Positions 51,180 to 63,892 are shown, counted from the stretch's first letter. The stretch: 64,000 nt of DNA from Octopus bimaculoides (GCF_001194135.2 NC_068981.1:80375898-80439897), one strand, 5' to 3'. A program made the numbers and translations. Notes: generated by a model not told the origin, from the letters alone.

Positions 51180-53212
51180 GCAACTAAAGCAAGCAACTAA
51201 ATATTTACGTAAATTATAAAGTGAGCAAGCAAATAATCAACTCAGTAATTAAGAAAGCAAACAACTATTAATTAAGCATACAAACTAATTAACCAACTAT
51301 TTAAGCAAGCCAACAATTAATTACCTAATTAAGCAAGCAGACAACTAATGAATTAACTCATTAAGCAAGCAACCAATTAATTAATGAATTAAATAGAGCA
51401 AGGAACAATGTAATTAGATATTAAGCAAGCAAGCAACTAATAAATTAAGTAACTAATTAAGTAACCAAGCAAGTAATTAAGCAAGCAATCAACTAAGCAA
51501 GCAATCAACTAATTAACTAACCAATAAAGTAAACAAGCAACTGATTAATTAATTAGTTAATTAAGCAAGCAACTAATTAACAAACTAATTAAGCAATTAA
51601 ATACTTAACTAATTAATTCAGCAAGCAACTAACTAATGAATTAATTTAGTAAGTAAGCAACTAATTAACTTATTGATCAAGCAACTAATTAACTAATTCA
51701 TCAGGCAATAAAGTAACTAATTAATTAACTAAATAATTAAGCTAGCAAGCAACTAATTAATGAACTAATTAAAGTAGAAGCAAGCAACTAATTTATTAAT
51801 TAATTAAGTTAATAAGAAACTAATTAACTAATTAACTAAGTGAACACAGAACTAATTAGTTAGGCATGCAAACAACTAATTAACATGTCAATTAAGTAAG
51901 CAAGCAACTGATTAACAAGTCAATTAAACCAGCAAGCAACTAAATAATTAAATAATTAATTAATTATGCAATTAATTAACTTATTAATTTAGCAAGAAGC
52001 TAATTAAGTACTTAATTGAGCAAGCAAGTAATTAGTTAATAGGACAATTAATTTATTAACTAATTAAGTAATTCATTAATTAAGCAATTAATTGATTAAT
52101 AATTTAAGCAAGTAAATAATTAATTAAGCACTCAATTAATTCATTAAGCAATTAATTAACTATTTAACAAATTAAGAAATTATTAAGAAATCAATTAAGT
52201 AAATAAATAATTAATTAACTAAGCTGGCAAGCAACAAATTAATTGATTAACTAAGCAATTAATTAATTAAGGATGAATCAAATTAATTAACTAATTACTC
52301 AAGGAGCTAATTACTTCACTAATTAGATAAGCAAGCAACTAATGAATTAACTAATTAAACAAGGAAGCAACAAATTAATTAACATGCTAATTAATTAACT
52401 AATTGATTGCTAAATAATTAACTAATTCATTTGTTGTTTGTTGCTTGTTTAATTAATTGGTTAATTAATTATGTTCTTCATTAATTAGTTAATTAATTTG
52501 TTGCTTGCTATTTGGGTAGTAAATTGTTGCCTGCATGATTACTTAGTTAATTAATTAGTTGCTTGCTTGCTTAGTTAGTTAATTAATTAGTTGCTTACCT
52601 ATTTGCTTAATTAATTCGTTATTTAATTAATTGCTTGCTTAATTAATTAATTACTTAATTAATTGCATGTCTGCTTAATTAATTAGTTAATTATTTAATT
52701 GTTTGTTTCCTTAATTAATTAGTTAATCATGTAGTTGCTTGCTTAATTAATCAATTAGTTTTTTGGTTGCTTATTAATTAATTAACCAATAAGATGCTTG
52801 CTTAATCAATTAGTTAGCTAATTAGCTAATTAATTAATTGCTTTCTTTCTTAATTAATTAGTTAATTTGGTAGCAACTTGCTTGTTTAATTAGTTAATTA
52901 ATTAGTTGCAAACTTAATTAGTTGCTTGCTTCTTACATTAATTGGTTGATTAATTAGTCATTTACTTGTTTTATTAATTAGTTAATTAGCTAGTTGCTTG
53001 CTTGCTGAATTAGTTAATTAATTATTTGATTAATTTGTTGCTTGTTTGCTTAATTAATTAGTTAATAAATAAATGATTGCTTCATTAATTAGTTACTTGC
53101 TTGCTTAATTAATTAGTCGCTTGCTTGATTAATTAATCAGTTAGTTGCTTGCTTAATTAGTTAATTAATTAATCAATTAATTGCTTGCTTAATTAATTAG
53201 TGAATTCATTAA
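51180..53212. repeat. Fold-back AT-rich satellite: degenerate AAGCAAGCAACTAATTAA units that flip orientation near 52425
   Basis: aagcaagcaactaattaa dominates 51180-52420; its reverse complement ttaattagttgcttgctt dominates 52430-53212. Confidence 0.9.
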
Positions 53213-55009
53213 TTTCTGTTCTATCTACAAATTTATGATGCTGTTGCTTGCTACAACTTCAACACCTGCATCAATCCTCTTCTCCTTCTCTCAAATATCT
53301 TCTCATTCAGTTGAATGGCTGCTATTTCCCTTTTCCTTTATTTCTTTCCTTTGTCTTGCAAGTTACTTAGCAACTTCACTAGTGCTGGTCTCCTAAAATA
53401 AGTACCCAGTAAACACTAATGTGGTTAGCGTCAGGAAGGACATCCAACTATAGAAATTATACTAAAGCTGACATTGGGGCCTGATAGAGCTCTGTGGCTC
53501 GTTGAATCCTGTCAAACTGTGCAGCCTATGCCAGCGATGGAAAATGGATGTTAAATCTTGATGATATTAATGATGATATACCAGTATATCAGTGCACTAT
53601 ANNNNNNNNNNNNNNNNNNNNNNNNNNNNNNNNNNNNNNNNNNNNNNNNNNNNNNNNNNNNNNNNNNNNNNNNNNNNNNNNNNNNNNNNNNNNNNNNNNN
53701 NNNNNNNNNNNNNNNNNNNNNNNNNNNNNNNNNNNNNNNNNNNNNNNNNNNNNNNNNNNNNNNNNNNNNNNNNNNNNNNNNNNNNNNNNNNNNNNNNNNN
53801 NNNNNNNNNNNNNNNNNNNNNNNNNNNNNNNNNNNNNNNNNNNNNNNNNNNNNNNNNNNNNNNNNNNNNNNNNNNNNNNNNNNNNNNNNNNNNNNNNNNN
53901 NNNNNNNNNNNNNNNNNNNNNNNNNNNNNNNNNNNNNNNNNNNNNNNNNNNNNNNNNNNNNNNNNNNNNNNNNNNNNNNNNNNNNNNNNNNNNNNNNNNN
54001 NNNNNNNNNNNNNNNNNNNNNNNNNNNNNNNNNNNNNNNNNNNNNNNNNNNNNNNNNNNNNNNNNNNNNNNNNNNNNNNNNNNNNNNNNNNNNNNNNNNN
54101 NNNNNNNNNNNNNNNNNNNNNNNNNNNNNNNNNNNNNNNNNNNNNNNNNNNNNNNNNNNNNNNNNNNNNNNNNNNNNNNNNNNNNNNNNNNNNNNNNNNN
54201 NNNNNNNNNNNNNNNNNNNNNNNNNNNNNNNNNNNNNNNNNNNNNNNNNNNNNNNNNNNNNNNNNNNNNNNNNNNNNNNNNNNNNNNNNNNNNNNNNNNN
54301 NNNNNNNNNNNNNNNNNNNNNNNNNNNNNNNNNNNNNNNNNNNNNNNNNNNNNNNNNNNNNNNNNNNNNNAGGTGTGTGTGTGTGTGTGTGTGCAAAGTT
54401 TGTGTATGTTTGTGTATGTATGTGTGTGAGCATTCTTCATTATTTTTATTCAATTGTAGAAACATGGACAAGTGTCATATCATGATAACACTACCTGAGG
54501 AATAATGGACTGAAGTGTGTGCACTTAGTGTATACTTCATAAGTGTATGATTCTCTCACAGAAGTTTTTAACACAGTAAGAACTATTATAAAGGACAGTT
54601 TGAATTGCAAAACCATAACACACATATGAATATTTTATAATCTTTACTTTAGTATGTGTCTACTTTATAACATGTAGTGATTTTACTCTCAAAGTCTAAT
54701 TTTAGCATAAATGTTAAACTGCATCGGTAAATATAACCATCGGCAATATGGCTAAGGAAAATAGTTCAAGAGAGTATTGGTTTCACATATTAATTTCAAA
54801 TACAGTAGAACATTTACATTTTTAATATAAAGAGTTGAATAAAGTAACAAAAAAATAAAATTGATTAACTAAGATTATTCATGCAGTTAGTAAACAAAAA
54901 AACTTCCTCTAGGAGGTTTTTAAGATACACTTACATACATACATATGTACACACACACACACACACACACATACACCAAAGGAAGCACAAGCACTTTCAT
55001 ACACAAATA

Positions 55010-56287
55010 CAAGGTCTTGCAGATAAATTGAGACAATTTTTTGGATAAATAAAACTGGTTGTAAATACTGGCAGTAGACAAATATAACTTTATTGTAACA
55101 TTTATTACAACAAAAACAGTTTTCATTCAACATGGCTACCCTTTTGGGCTATTACTGCCTCCACACAAGAACAAAATTATTGTTACAGCTATTACAACTT
55201 CCACCTTTTTGATTTTGTGTGTTGCACACAAGATGTAGGACTTCAAGCTGTTGACAATTGAGTGTGGTGAAGCATTGGTCCTTGCTTGAAGTATGCCTCA
55301 TAAAAAGTAATTGAGAAGGTTGAGATCTGGGCTCTTAGTGGGACAGATATTAGCCCTCACAAAAAATGGCACCTTCTCACCAAGGAAAGCCCATGTTGCT
55401 TTTGACCTATGGCATGGTGCAGAATCTTGGATAAACACCACATTGTTAAGCCCAAGCTTTTGCTCCAGCCAAGGTAGCAGAGTTCTTCAAGATATGCAGA
55501 TACTCCTCTGTGCTGATCTTTAAGCCAGAGTCAATGAAGTTTGGATCCATGACTTGCCACTGCACCAAATACCATCACAGAGACAGGACATCAGAAGGGT
55601 AGTAAGCAATCACTCAAGAATTTCTGAAATTCACCTCAGTGCCCACAGTAAACTTCTTCTCGTCCACAAATGCAAGAATTTTTCCTGCACCCTAATGCTT
55701 GATGAATGGTAGAAGCTTTGGGCATCTCTCGACTCTGATTGCTTTGGCCTTGGTTGTTAGGAGCTGGCATCATCATTGAACATAGCTAGTCATACCAAGG
55801 TCCTTGTTCCCAGCTCTGGACACCATGGAAATGGACACATTACATCTGTTTGCAAGAATTGTCATGGATGTGAATGGGTTGGCTTCAGTTGAGCATTTAA
55901 GGCCTGCAAAGAACTTTGGATTGCACTTGCAATCACTTCGAGTCTTGTGTTCTTTTCAATCAATCTTTCCCTCTTCTTCAAATTGTTTATATACACAATA
56001 AACTCTTGCTTTTAGAAATTTCATCAACTTAACAATTTTATTGGGAGTGTGCTTGGCATGTGCCAAAACAACAATGGTGGAATGATTTTGTTGTTCCATG
56101 ACTTTCTGTTGTCGAATTAGATTAGATTTTCAAGCAAGATTTTCAAGCAATTAGATTAGATTTTCAAGCAAGATTTTCAAGCAATTAGATTAGATTTTCA
56201 AGCAGGGAAGGTTGTGTCAAAAATTGAAATGTTAAATCCACTAAGTAGACTGCTTAAAATTGGTTCCAATTTATCTGCAAGACCCTG
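55010..56287 (-). mobile_element. Tc1/mariner DD37D-like element, 1278 bp, decayed
   Basis: TA TSDs; 21-bp TIR CA(A/G)GGTCTTGCAGATAAATTG; minus-strand AFVDEKKF and FIQDSAPCH...SPDLNLLN, with 37 aa to the decayed third Asp position. Confidence 0.88.
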
Positions 56288-56401
56288 TATACACATGACA
56301 GAACTTCCACATACCAATTTCACTCACAAGGCTAGTAGAAGACATTTGCCCAAAGTGCTGTGTAGTGGGACTCACACACACACATGCACGCACGCACGCA
56401 C

Positions 56402-56442
<41 letters not shown>

Positions 56443-56444
56443 TA

Positions 56445-57298
56445 CAGGGTTGGATGGGTAAATTGTCGCTATTTTATATTTTTAATTTCATGCATGCACA
56501 TTGTTTTTGATTTTTGTCAACTACACGGTATAGTAGGGTCAGTTGGACACTGTCTGTGGGAAAGACAGCACCATGATGCAATTCATTCTGCCAGAATTTT
56601 GGAAACGACATGCTGTACTGATTGACATTCATGTTGGAAGCTCCAATATGAACATTTCAGAGTGTTTGGGTGTCAATCTGAGGACATGTACTAAGAGCGA
56701 TAGAAATCAAACATCCAGTTAACATCATGGTGTTTGGAGTGATCACTAATGATGGTGGCATTATGCCTCCATTCATCTTCCCACACGGTCTCATACTCAA
56801 CATGGAGGCTTATATCAACTGCTTGGAGGAGGCAGTGCTGCCCTGGGTTAAGAGGGTGGCTGCTGGAAGACCCTGTGTCTGGCAACAGGACTCTGCACTA
56901 TGCTACACAGGCAGCAGAACCCAGTCATGGCTGTCAGACAATTTCTGTGACTATATCACCCTTAACATTTGGCCACCTAACTCCCCAGACTGCAACCCCC
57001 TTGATTATTATGTGTGGGGACCTACAAGACTCCTTGTCACACCAAAGATGAACTGAAAGCAAGGATTATGGCAGCATTTACCTCCTCAAACAAGGAGATT
57101 GTCCAGAAGAGTTGCAGGAAATTCTGAAATTGTCTAGAGGCCGTGGTTGAATCCAATGACGATTTTATTGAATAAATTTGCTATTTAGTATTTAAAGATA
57201 TTTTTATGTAGTTTTGGTAAATATATCTGTTAAAATGAGACGTTGGTGTTATTTTCATTTTTACATAATTTAGATGACAATATATTCACCGCACTCTG
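56445..57298 (+). mobile_element. Internally deleted DD37D (maT-like) element, same family as 46484-47730
   Basis: ORF 56727-57056: WQQDSA...WPPNSPDCNPLDYYVWG with 37 residues between the catalytic Asps; matching terminal repeats. Confidence 0.9.
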
Positions 57299-58730
57299 AG
57301 ACCACTCGTAAAGCAAAAACTCATAAAGCAGAGCAATAATTTCCCATAATAACAATGTTATAAATTGTAATTCATTCTCAGAAAAATATTTTACCAATAA
57401 ATTTTATAATAGTCATAAATAAATGGCAATAAAACAACAGTAGAATGTAAAGAATATTTTATGTAAAGTAAAAAGAATGTCAAATATTATTATTAGAATT
57501 GTATTCTGAATTACCTTCACTCACACTAGACTTGTAGACGTAATCACCAGTTCACAAGTGGTCATAGACAGACTTGTAGATTTCTATTTTAAAAACAATC
57601 AAGAGCTGTTTGCTTAGAAAGAGCTTTTTTCCCGCACTCTATAAGTTTCTCTGTAACATGCAGAAGCATTTGTTATGGTAGTTGAAACTTTTGCACTTTG
57701 TTCAAAATTTAGATCTTATGCTTGAAAATTTTCAGCTCACTGTAGAACAGTCAGCTCAAAAATAAAACTTGTAAACCCAGGATCTCATAAAGTGGGTCCT
57801 CATAAAGTGAAGTATTACTGTACATACATACATGCATACAGACATGAACAATTGTCTCCCTTAACAGCCTGTTAAGGGAGACAATTGCAGCAAAATCAAT
57901 TGAGTGAAATTTTGGTAAATCTGGAAAATGCAACACACAAATGCATAAACACTGATCTGAAATGGAAAGCAGATATGACCCCACTGATTGGTCAACAGCT
58001 AACTATTTTGCAATAGGTGTTGAAATTTATAAGTCATTCAATTTTGATGTAAGGCTTCAGACATATGTATTTATATGATCATCATATAACATCCATGTTC
58101 CATGCTGGCATGAGTTTGAGTTGGATGTGACAGGATCTGATGGGTCCAAGGACTGTATAATGCTTCATTGTCTGCTTTGGCAAGCTTCTAGGACTGGATG
58201 CTTTTTTGCTCACCAAGTCTTGTCTGTTTCTAAGCAAGTAACATTTCCTTCAGTCCATCAAACATGAACAGTATTCTTTTATTTTTTTACTCGTTTCAGT
58301 CATTTGACTGTGGTGTTTTAGTTGAACAAACTAATACCAGGACTTACCTTTTTATGCCTAGTACTTATTCTATCAGTCTCTTTTTCTAAACCATTAAGTT
58401 ATGGGGATGTAAACACACCAATATCAATTGTCAAGCAGTGATGAGGTGGGAGAACAAACACAGACACAAATACACTCACAGATATATGTATGTATGTATG
58501 TATGTATATACACACGACAGGCTTCTTTTAGTTTCTCCCTACCAAATCTGCTCACATGGCTTTGGTCGACCCAAAGCTCTAGTAGAAGACACTTGCTCAA
58601 GATGCCACACAGTGGTACAGAACCCAGAATCATGTGGTTGAGGAGTAAGCTTCTTAATATACAGCCATGGCCATATTTTCAAAAAAGATTGCAAATGAGA
58701 CAACAGTACTTATCTGATAGTGGCATTTCC

Positions 58731-59313
58731 GGATCTATTTTAAAACGGGGGCCACATTTTTCATTAATGTTTTACGTAGTGTTTTTGGTACCGAAAGACT
58801 TTCAAACTTCGTATACTTATCTATTTTGTGTTATAGAACAGAAAAATATTTTTGTATTCGAATTTATTTCATGTAAAAAATTGTCTTATTTCGATAATTT
58901 CAACCAATCACTGACAAGTATTCAGTTGTTTACATTTACTCCTTTGGCTGATTAAGCGATGTAAAGCGTATTTAATCTCCATACCTTCGTTTTATTTGCT
59001 TTTTTCATTTTAAATTTGCTTTAACCCTAACCCTAACCCTAACCCTAGGGTTAGGGTTAGGGTTAGGGTTAGGGTTAATTGTTTCAGAATCGTTTCTTTA
59101 TGTAGTCGGCACTTAATGTATATCGGCTGAATGGACGTCAGTGATTGGTTGAAATTACAGAAATACAACTTTAACATGGAATAACTTATGGATTTCTTTT
59201 TTTTTTAAGAAGACTAAGAGAAAAAGATGTTTTATATGACACATTCTACCAGTGTTCCAAGTTTCAAAGTGTTTCGTTAATGAAAAATGTGGCCCCCGTT
59301 TTAAAAAAGATCC
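58731..59313. mobile_element. 583-bp MITE with 37-bp TIRs (GGATC...), 8-bp TSD GCATTTCC and an internal telomeric palindrome; Merlin-like by inference
   Basis: TSD at 58723-58730 and 59314-59321; the empty site gtggcatttccttgcaattagc is present in the paralog at about 47946. Confidence 0.93.
59021..59078. repeat. Interstitial telomeric palindrome (TAACCC)4-TA-(GGGTTA)5
   Basis: Read directly from the sequence. Confidence 0.97.
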
Positions 59314-59640
59314 GCATTTCCTTGCAATTAGCATATGATGTCAAGCCTAGAGAGACACATACATATAGACTTGGATGTCTTGAATTGGGCTGTCATAAGT
59401 AAGTAAGCATATATGCAATGAGCTATTTTCAGTTTCTGTTGACCAAATCCATTGATGAAGCTTTGATCAGCCCAGGGCTTCAGTAGAAATTGTTTACCTA
59501 AAGTGGTACTGAATGGGACTGAACCCAAAATCATGTGGTTGCAAAAGAAAATTCTTAACTACAGCCATGTGTGCTTGCGCGCGTGTGTGTGTGGTTGTAG
59601 ATAGATAGACAGAGAAACAGATAGATTGATAGATAGGTAA

Positions 59641-59693
<53 letters not shown>

Positions 59694-60322
59694 GAGGGTA
59701 AGAGAGGTCTTCATTTGTTTGTTTGCTACTTTCAGTCATAGGACAGTGGCCATGCTGTGACAATAACTTTATGGTTTGCTGATGTTGGTTAGATCTAGAT
59801 CAGCCCTGATTAAACCCAGTATTTTGACTGCTATTTATTTGTATTGGTAGGAAGAATGACTGGTTTCAAAGGTATGCGATGGGGATGAAACCAAATTTCA
59901 TGAAGAACAATAAAGTATTTTTGTTTGAAAACCCCCATTCTCCCACTTTACTTTGTTTCATCCATCCATTCATTCATTAATACAACCATGCACACACACA
60001 CACACATACACACACACACACACGAACACACACACTTACTTACTCACATACACACACACACACACACACAACATATACATGTTCAAATAAACATGCATAC
60101 ATACACTGTCTGTCTAGCTGTTTGTTTGTCTGTCTATGCATCTATCTATATTGTATTTATTCAGCCAGATCCTGACTGTGGAACCATCTGTTGAAACATA
60201 TTCTCAATGAGGCATTATACCAGCTTTCGCTCATTTTTTAAATTGTTAATGAATAACTTGGTAATAAAGGAAATATGAATTTCAAGCGTTGTCTGTGTTT
60301 TCATTGACAGAATGGCCCGCTT

Positions 60323-63300
60323 CATCATCATCATCATCATCGTTTAACGTCCGCTTTCCATGTTAGCATGGGTTGGACGATTTGACTGAGGACTGGTGAA
60401 CCGGGTGGCTACACCAGTTTCCAATCTGATCTGACAGAGTTTCTACAGCTGGATGCCCTTCCAAACACCAACCACTCCGAGAGTGTAGTGGGTGCTTTTA
60501 CGTGCCACCGGCATGAGGGCCAGTCTGACGGTACTGGCAATGGCCACGCTCAAATGGTGTTTTTTACGTGCCACCTGCACAGGAGTCAGTCCAGCGGCAC
60601 TGGCAACAACCTCGCTCAAATGTTTTGTTCGTGTGCCAGTAAGGCNNNNNNNNNNNNNNNNNNNNNNNNNNNNNNNNNNNNNNNNNNNNNNNNNNNNNNN
60701 NNNNNNNNNNNNNNNNNNNNNNNNNNNNNNNNNNNNNNNNNNNNNNNNNNNNNNNNNNNNNNNNNNNNNNNNNNNNNNNNNNNNNNNNNNNNNNNNNNNN
60801 NNNNNNNNNNNNNNNNNNNNNNNNNNNNNNNNNNNNNNNNNNNNNNNNNNNNNNNNNNNNNNNNNNNNNNNNNNNNNNNNNNNNNNNNNNNNNNNNNNNN
60901 NNNNNNNNNNNNNNNNNNNNNNNNNNNNNNNNNNNNNNNNNNNNNNNNNNNNNNNNNNNNNNNNNNNNNNNNNNNNNNNNNNNNNNNNNNNNNNNNNNNN
61001 NNNNNNNNNNNNNNNNNNNNNNNNNNNNNNNNNNNNNNNNNNNNNNNNNNNNNNNNNNNNNNNNNNNNNNNNNNNNNNNNNNNNNNNNNNNNNNNNNNNN
61101 NNNNNNNNNNNNNNNNNNNNNNGCCACGGTTTATGGTCTCACTTGTCTTGCCGGGTCTTCTCACGCACAACATATTTCCAAAGGTCTTGGTCACTAGTCA
61201 TTGCCTCGGTGAGGCCTAATGTTCGAAGGTCGTGCTTCACCTCCTCATCCCAGGTCTTCCTGGGTCTACCTCTTGCACAGGTACCCTCAACTGCTAGGCT
61301 GTGGCACTTTTTCACGCAGCTGTCCTCATCCATTCTCGCCACATGACCATACCAGTGCAATCGTCTCTCTTGCACACCACAACTGATGCTTCTTAGGTCC
61401 AACTTTTCTCTCAAGGTACTTACACTCTGTCGAGTATGCACACTGACATTACACATCCATCAGAGCATACTGGCTTCATTCCTTGAACTTACGCATGTCC
61501 TCAGCAGTCACAGCCCATGTTTCACTGCCATGTAGCATGGCTGTTCATACACATGCGTCATACAGTCTGCCATTTATTCTGAGCAAGAGACCCTTTGTCA
61601 CCAGCAGAGGTAAGAGCTGTCTGAACATTTACCCAGGCTATTCTTATTCTAACAGCTACACTTTCAGTGCACCCTCCCCCACTACTGACTTCGTCACCTA
61701 GATAATGGAAGCTATCAACTACTTCTAGTTTTTCTCCCTGGAAAGTGGCAGAAGTTGTTTTCTGCACATTTTCAGTGTTTATTGTTCCTGAGCATCTGGC
61801 ACATACAAAAACTATCTTGCTAGTTAGCCTTCCTTTGATATTGCTGCACCTTTTATGTGTCCATAGCTTACACCCAGTACATCTTATAGAGTTTCTACCT
61901 ACGCCTTTTCTACAGATCAAGCAGGGCCATCTACCTGAAGGGATTTGTGGTTTGTCTACCTTCCTGCTCATTAGGACTTTGGTTTTAGCTAGGTTGACTC
62001 TAAGGCCCTTCGATTCTAGCCCTTGCTTCCACACCTGAAACTTCTCCTCTAGTTCTGATAGTGACTCAGCAAAGAGAGCAAGGTCATCAGCATAGAGGAG
62101 CTCCCAGGGGCATCCTGTCTTGAATTCCTCTGTTATTGCCTGGAGGACTATGATAAATAAGAGGCGGCTGAGGACGGAACCTTGGTGGACCCCTACCTCT
62201 ACCCGGAATTCTTCACTATACTCGTTGTCAACCCTCACCTTACTGACAGCGTCCCTGTACATGGCTCGCACAGCTCTCACTAACCATTCATCTATCCCTA
62301 GTTTCCTTATTGACCACCAGATAAAGGGTCGGAGGATCCTGTCAAAGACTTTCTCCATGTCAATGAAAGCCAGGTAATGAGGTTTTTCTTTGACTAGGTA
62401 TTTCTCCTGCAGCTGTCTTACCAGAAATATAGCATCAGTGATGCTTTTCCCTGGCATGAACCCAAACTGCATCTCATCTAAACTGACTCTCTCCCTAATA
62501 AGTTGAGCTATGACTCTCTCTGTGACCTTCATTACCTGATCCAACAACTGGATACCTCTGTAATTATTTGTATCTAAAGCGTCACCTTTAACTTTGTAGC
62601 AGTTGACTATGGTGCTGCTACACCAGTCATTGGGTATGACTCCTTTGTGTATCACCTGGTTAACTATACGGGTGACTAGGCTATAGCTGACACTGCCAGA
62701 TATTTTGAGCATCTCTGCAGTGATTCTGGATGAGCCGGGGGCTTTCCTTGTCTTCATACTCTTGATTGCTTTATCTCACAAGGTACTGTCAATTTGGATA
62801 GGTGGTCCCTCTGTTGGGTTGACATTTGGCAGATTCTCTTTCTCCCATTCATTCTCTTTATTGAGCAACCTTTCATAGTGGCACCTCCAAACCTCTCTCC
62901 TTGCAGCCTCGTTTAGTGCGAGTGAACCATCATCCTCGTGGACACATTTCTCTCCTACCACATCACGATTTTCTCTCACACACTGTCTTGCAACATGAAA
63001 TACTTCAAGTCTTTGGTCCTCACGGAGCAGAACATTGGCAAATTTTTTCTTATCTGCTTCCGTTCTGGCTAAATAAACCTGTCTCCTAGCTTCCCCTCTG
63101 GCTAAATAAACCTGTCTCCTAGCTTCCCTTCTGGCAGTCTGATACAATTCCCTACTACCTCCATTCTTCCAGTCCTTCAGGCCTGTTTCTTTTGTCTAAT
63201 AGCCCTGTCAACCACATTGTTCCACCACCAAGACTTAAAGTAATATGTCTCTAAATCTCTGTCCATTTGCAGGATCTTTAAGCTTCCAGACCCTTCTCCT

Positions 63301-63552
63301 CCAAGCTAGTCTTCTTCTGGGTATCCATTTAGCCCTGATCCCGAAGTCGCTAACTACTAATCTATGTTGAAGTGTACATTCTTCGCCTGGGAAGGTTTTG
63401 GCATTTATAAGTAGCCCTCTTTCCCTTTTTTCTGGCAAAGATGTAGTCAATTTGGCTAGTGTGTCTGCCAGAACGGTAGGTGACTAGGTGACAAGCGGGT
63501 TTCCTGAAGTTGGTATTGCAAACCATAGGATCATTTGCATTGCAGAACTCCA
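60323..63552 (-). mobile_element. 5'-truncated, frameshifted RTE-like LINE (APE C-terminus, RT, 3' UTR, (GAT)n tail)
   Basis: QIDYI and QHRLVVSDF (endonuclease); ORF 62757-61558 with YRGIQLL, QFGFMPG, GVHQGSVLS and LLYADDL (RT); GRPRKTW near the C-terminus; 3' UTR beyond the gap. Confidence 0.95.
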
Positions 63553-63784
63553 AAAAATAAATGAGTAACAGGATGTCAAGTAATAATGCAGTACAACTGT
63601 TTCAAGCGGCTCTGTTTAATTGAACAATGTAATCATTACATCAATTTAAATACACCTTACTTTGAGCTGTGCAGATAATACCAGACTGACTTGTGCTTCA
63701 ACTTGAGTACCTAATTCAACTGAATCTTAATTACTTCTATATGGAAATATATATATCAATAATAATAATAATAATAATAATAAC

Positions 63785-63816
<32 letters not shown>

Positions 63817-63852
63817 GGATTATTACAAAGTGGCATAGCATTACCTTTAATT

Positions 63853-63889
<37 letters not shown>

Positions 63890-63892
<3 letters not shown>

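Larger units (their letters stand above)
53213..59845 (+). repeat. Segmental duplication unit B
   Basis: See unit A; carries three insertions not seen in A (55010-56287, 56445-57298, 58731-59313). Confidence 0.9.

Noticed and set aside
51180-53212. CRISPR array
   Set aside because: Eukaryotic context, degenerate contiguous units, no unique spacers and no cas genes.
58428-58955. 175-aa ORF as a novel gene
   Set aside because: Chance read-through of an antisense SINE, microsatellite and MITE; no protein motif.
59021-59078. Ancient telomere-telomere chromosome fusion site
   Set aside because: Orientation is CCCTAA then TTAGGG (a fusion gives the reverse), and it lies inside a TSD-flanked MITE.
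1285-61346. Many long ORFs in the track (poly-X, YIYI, THTH, CVCV, SLSL, RERE)
   Set aside because: They arise from N-gaps and microsatellites; no coding signal.
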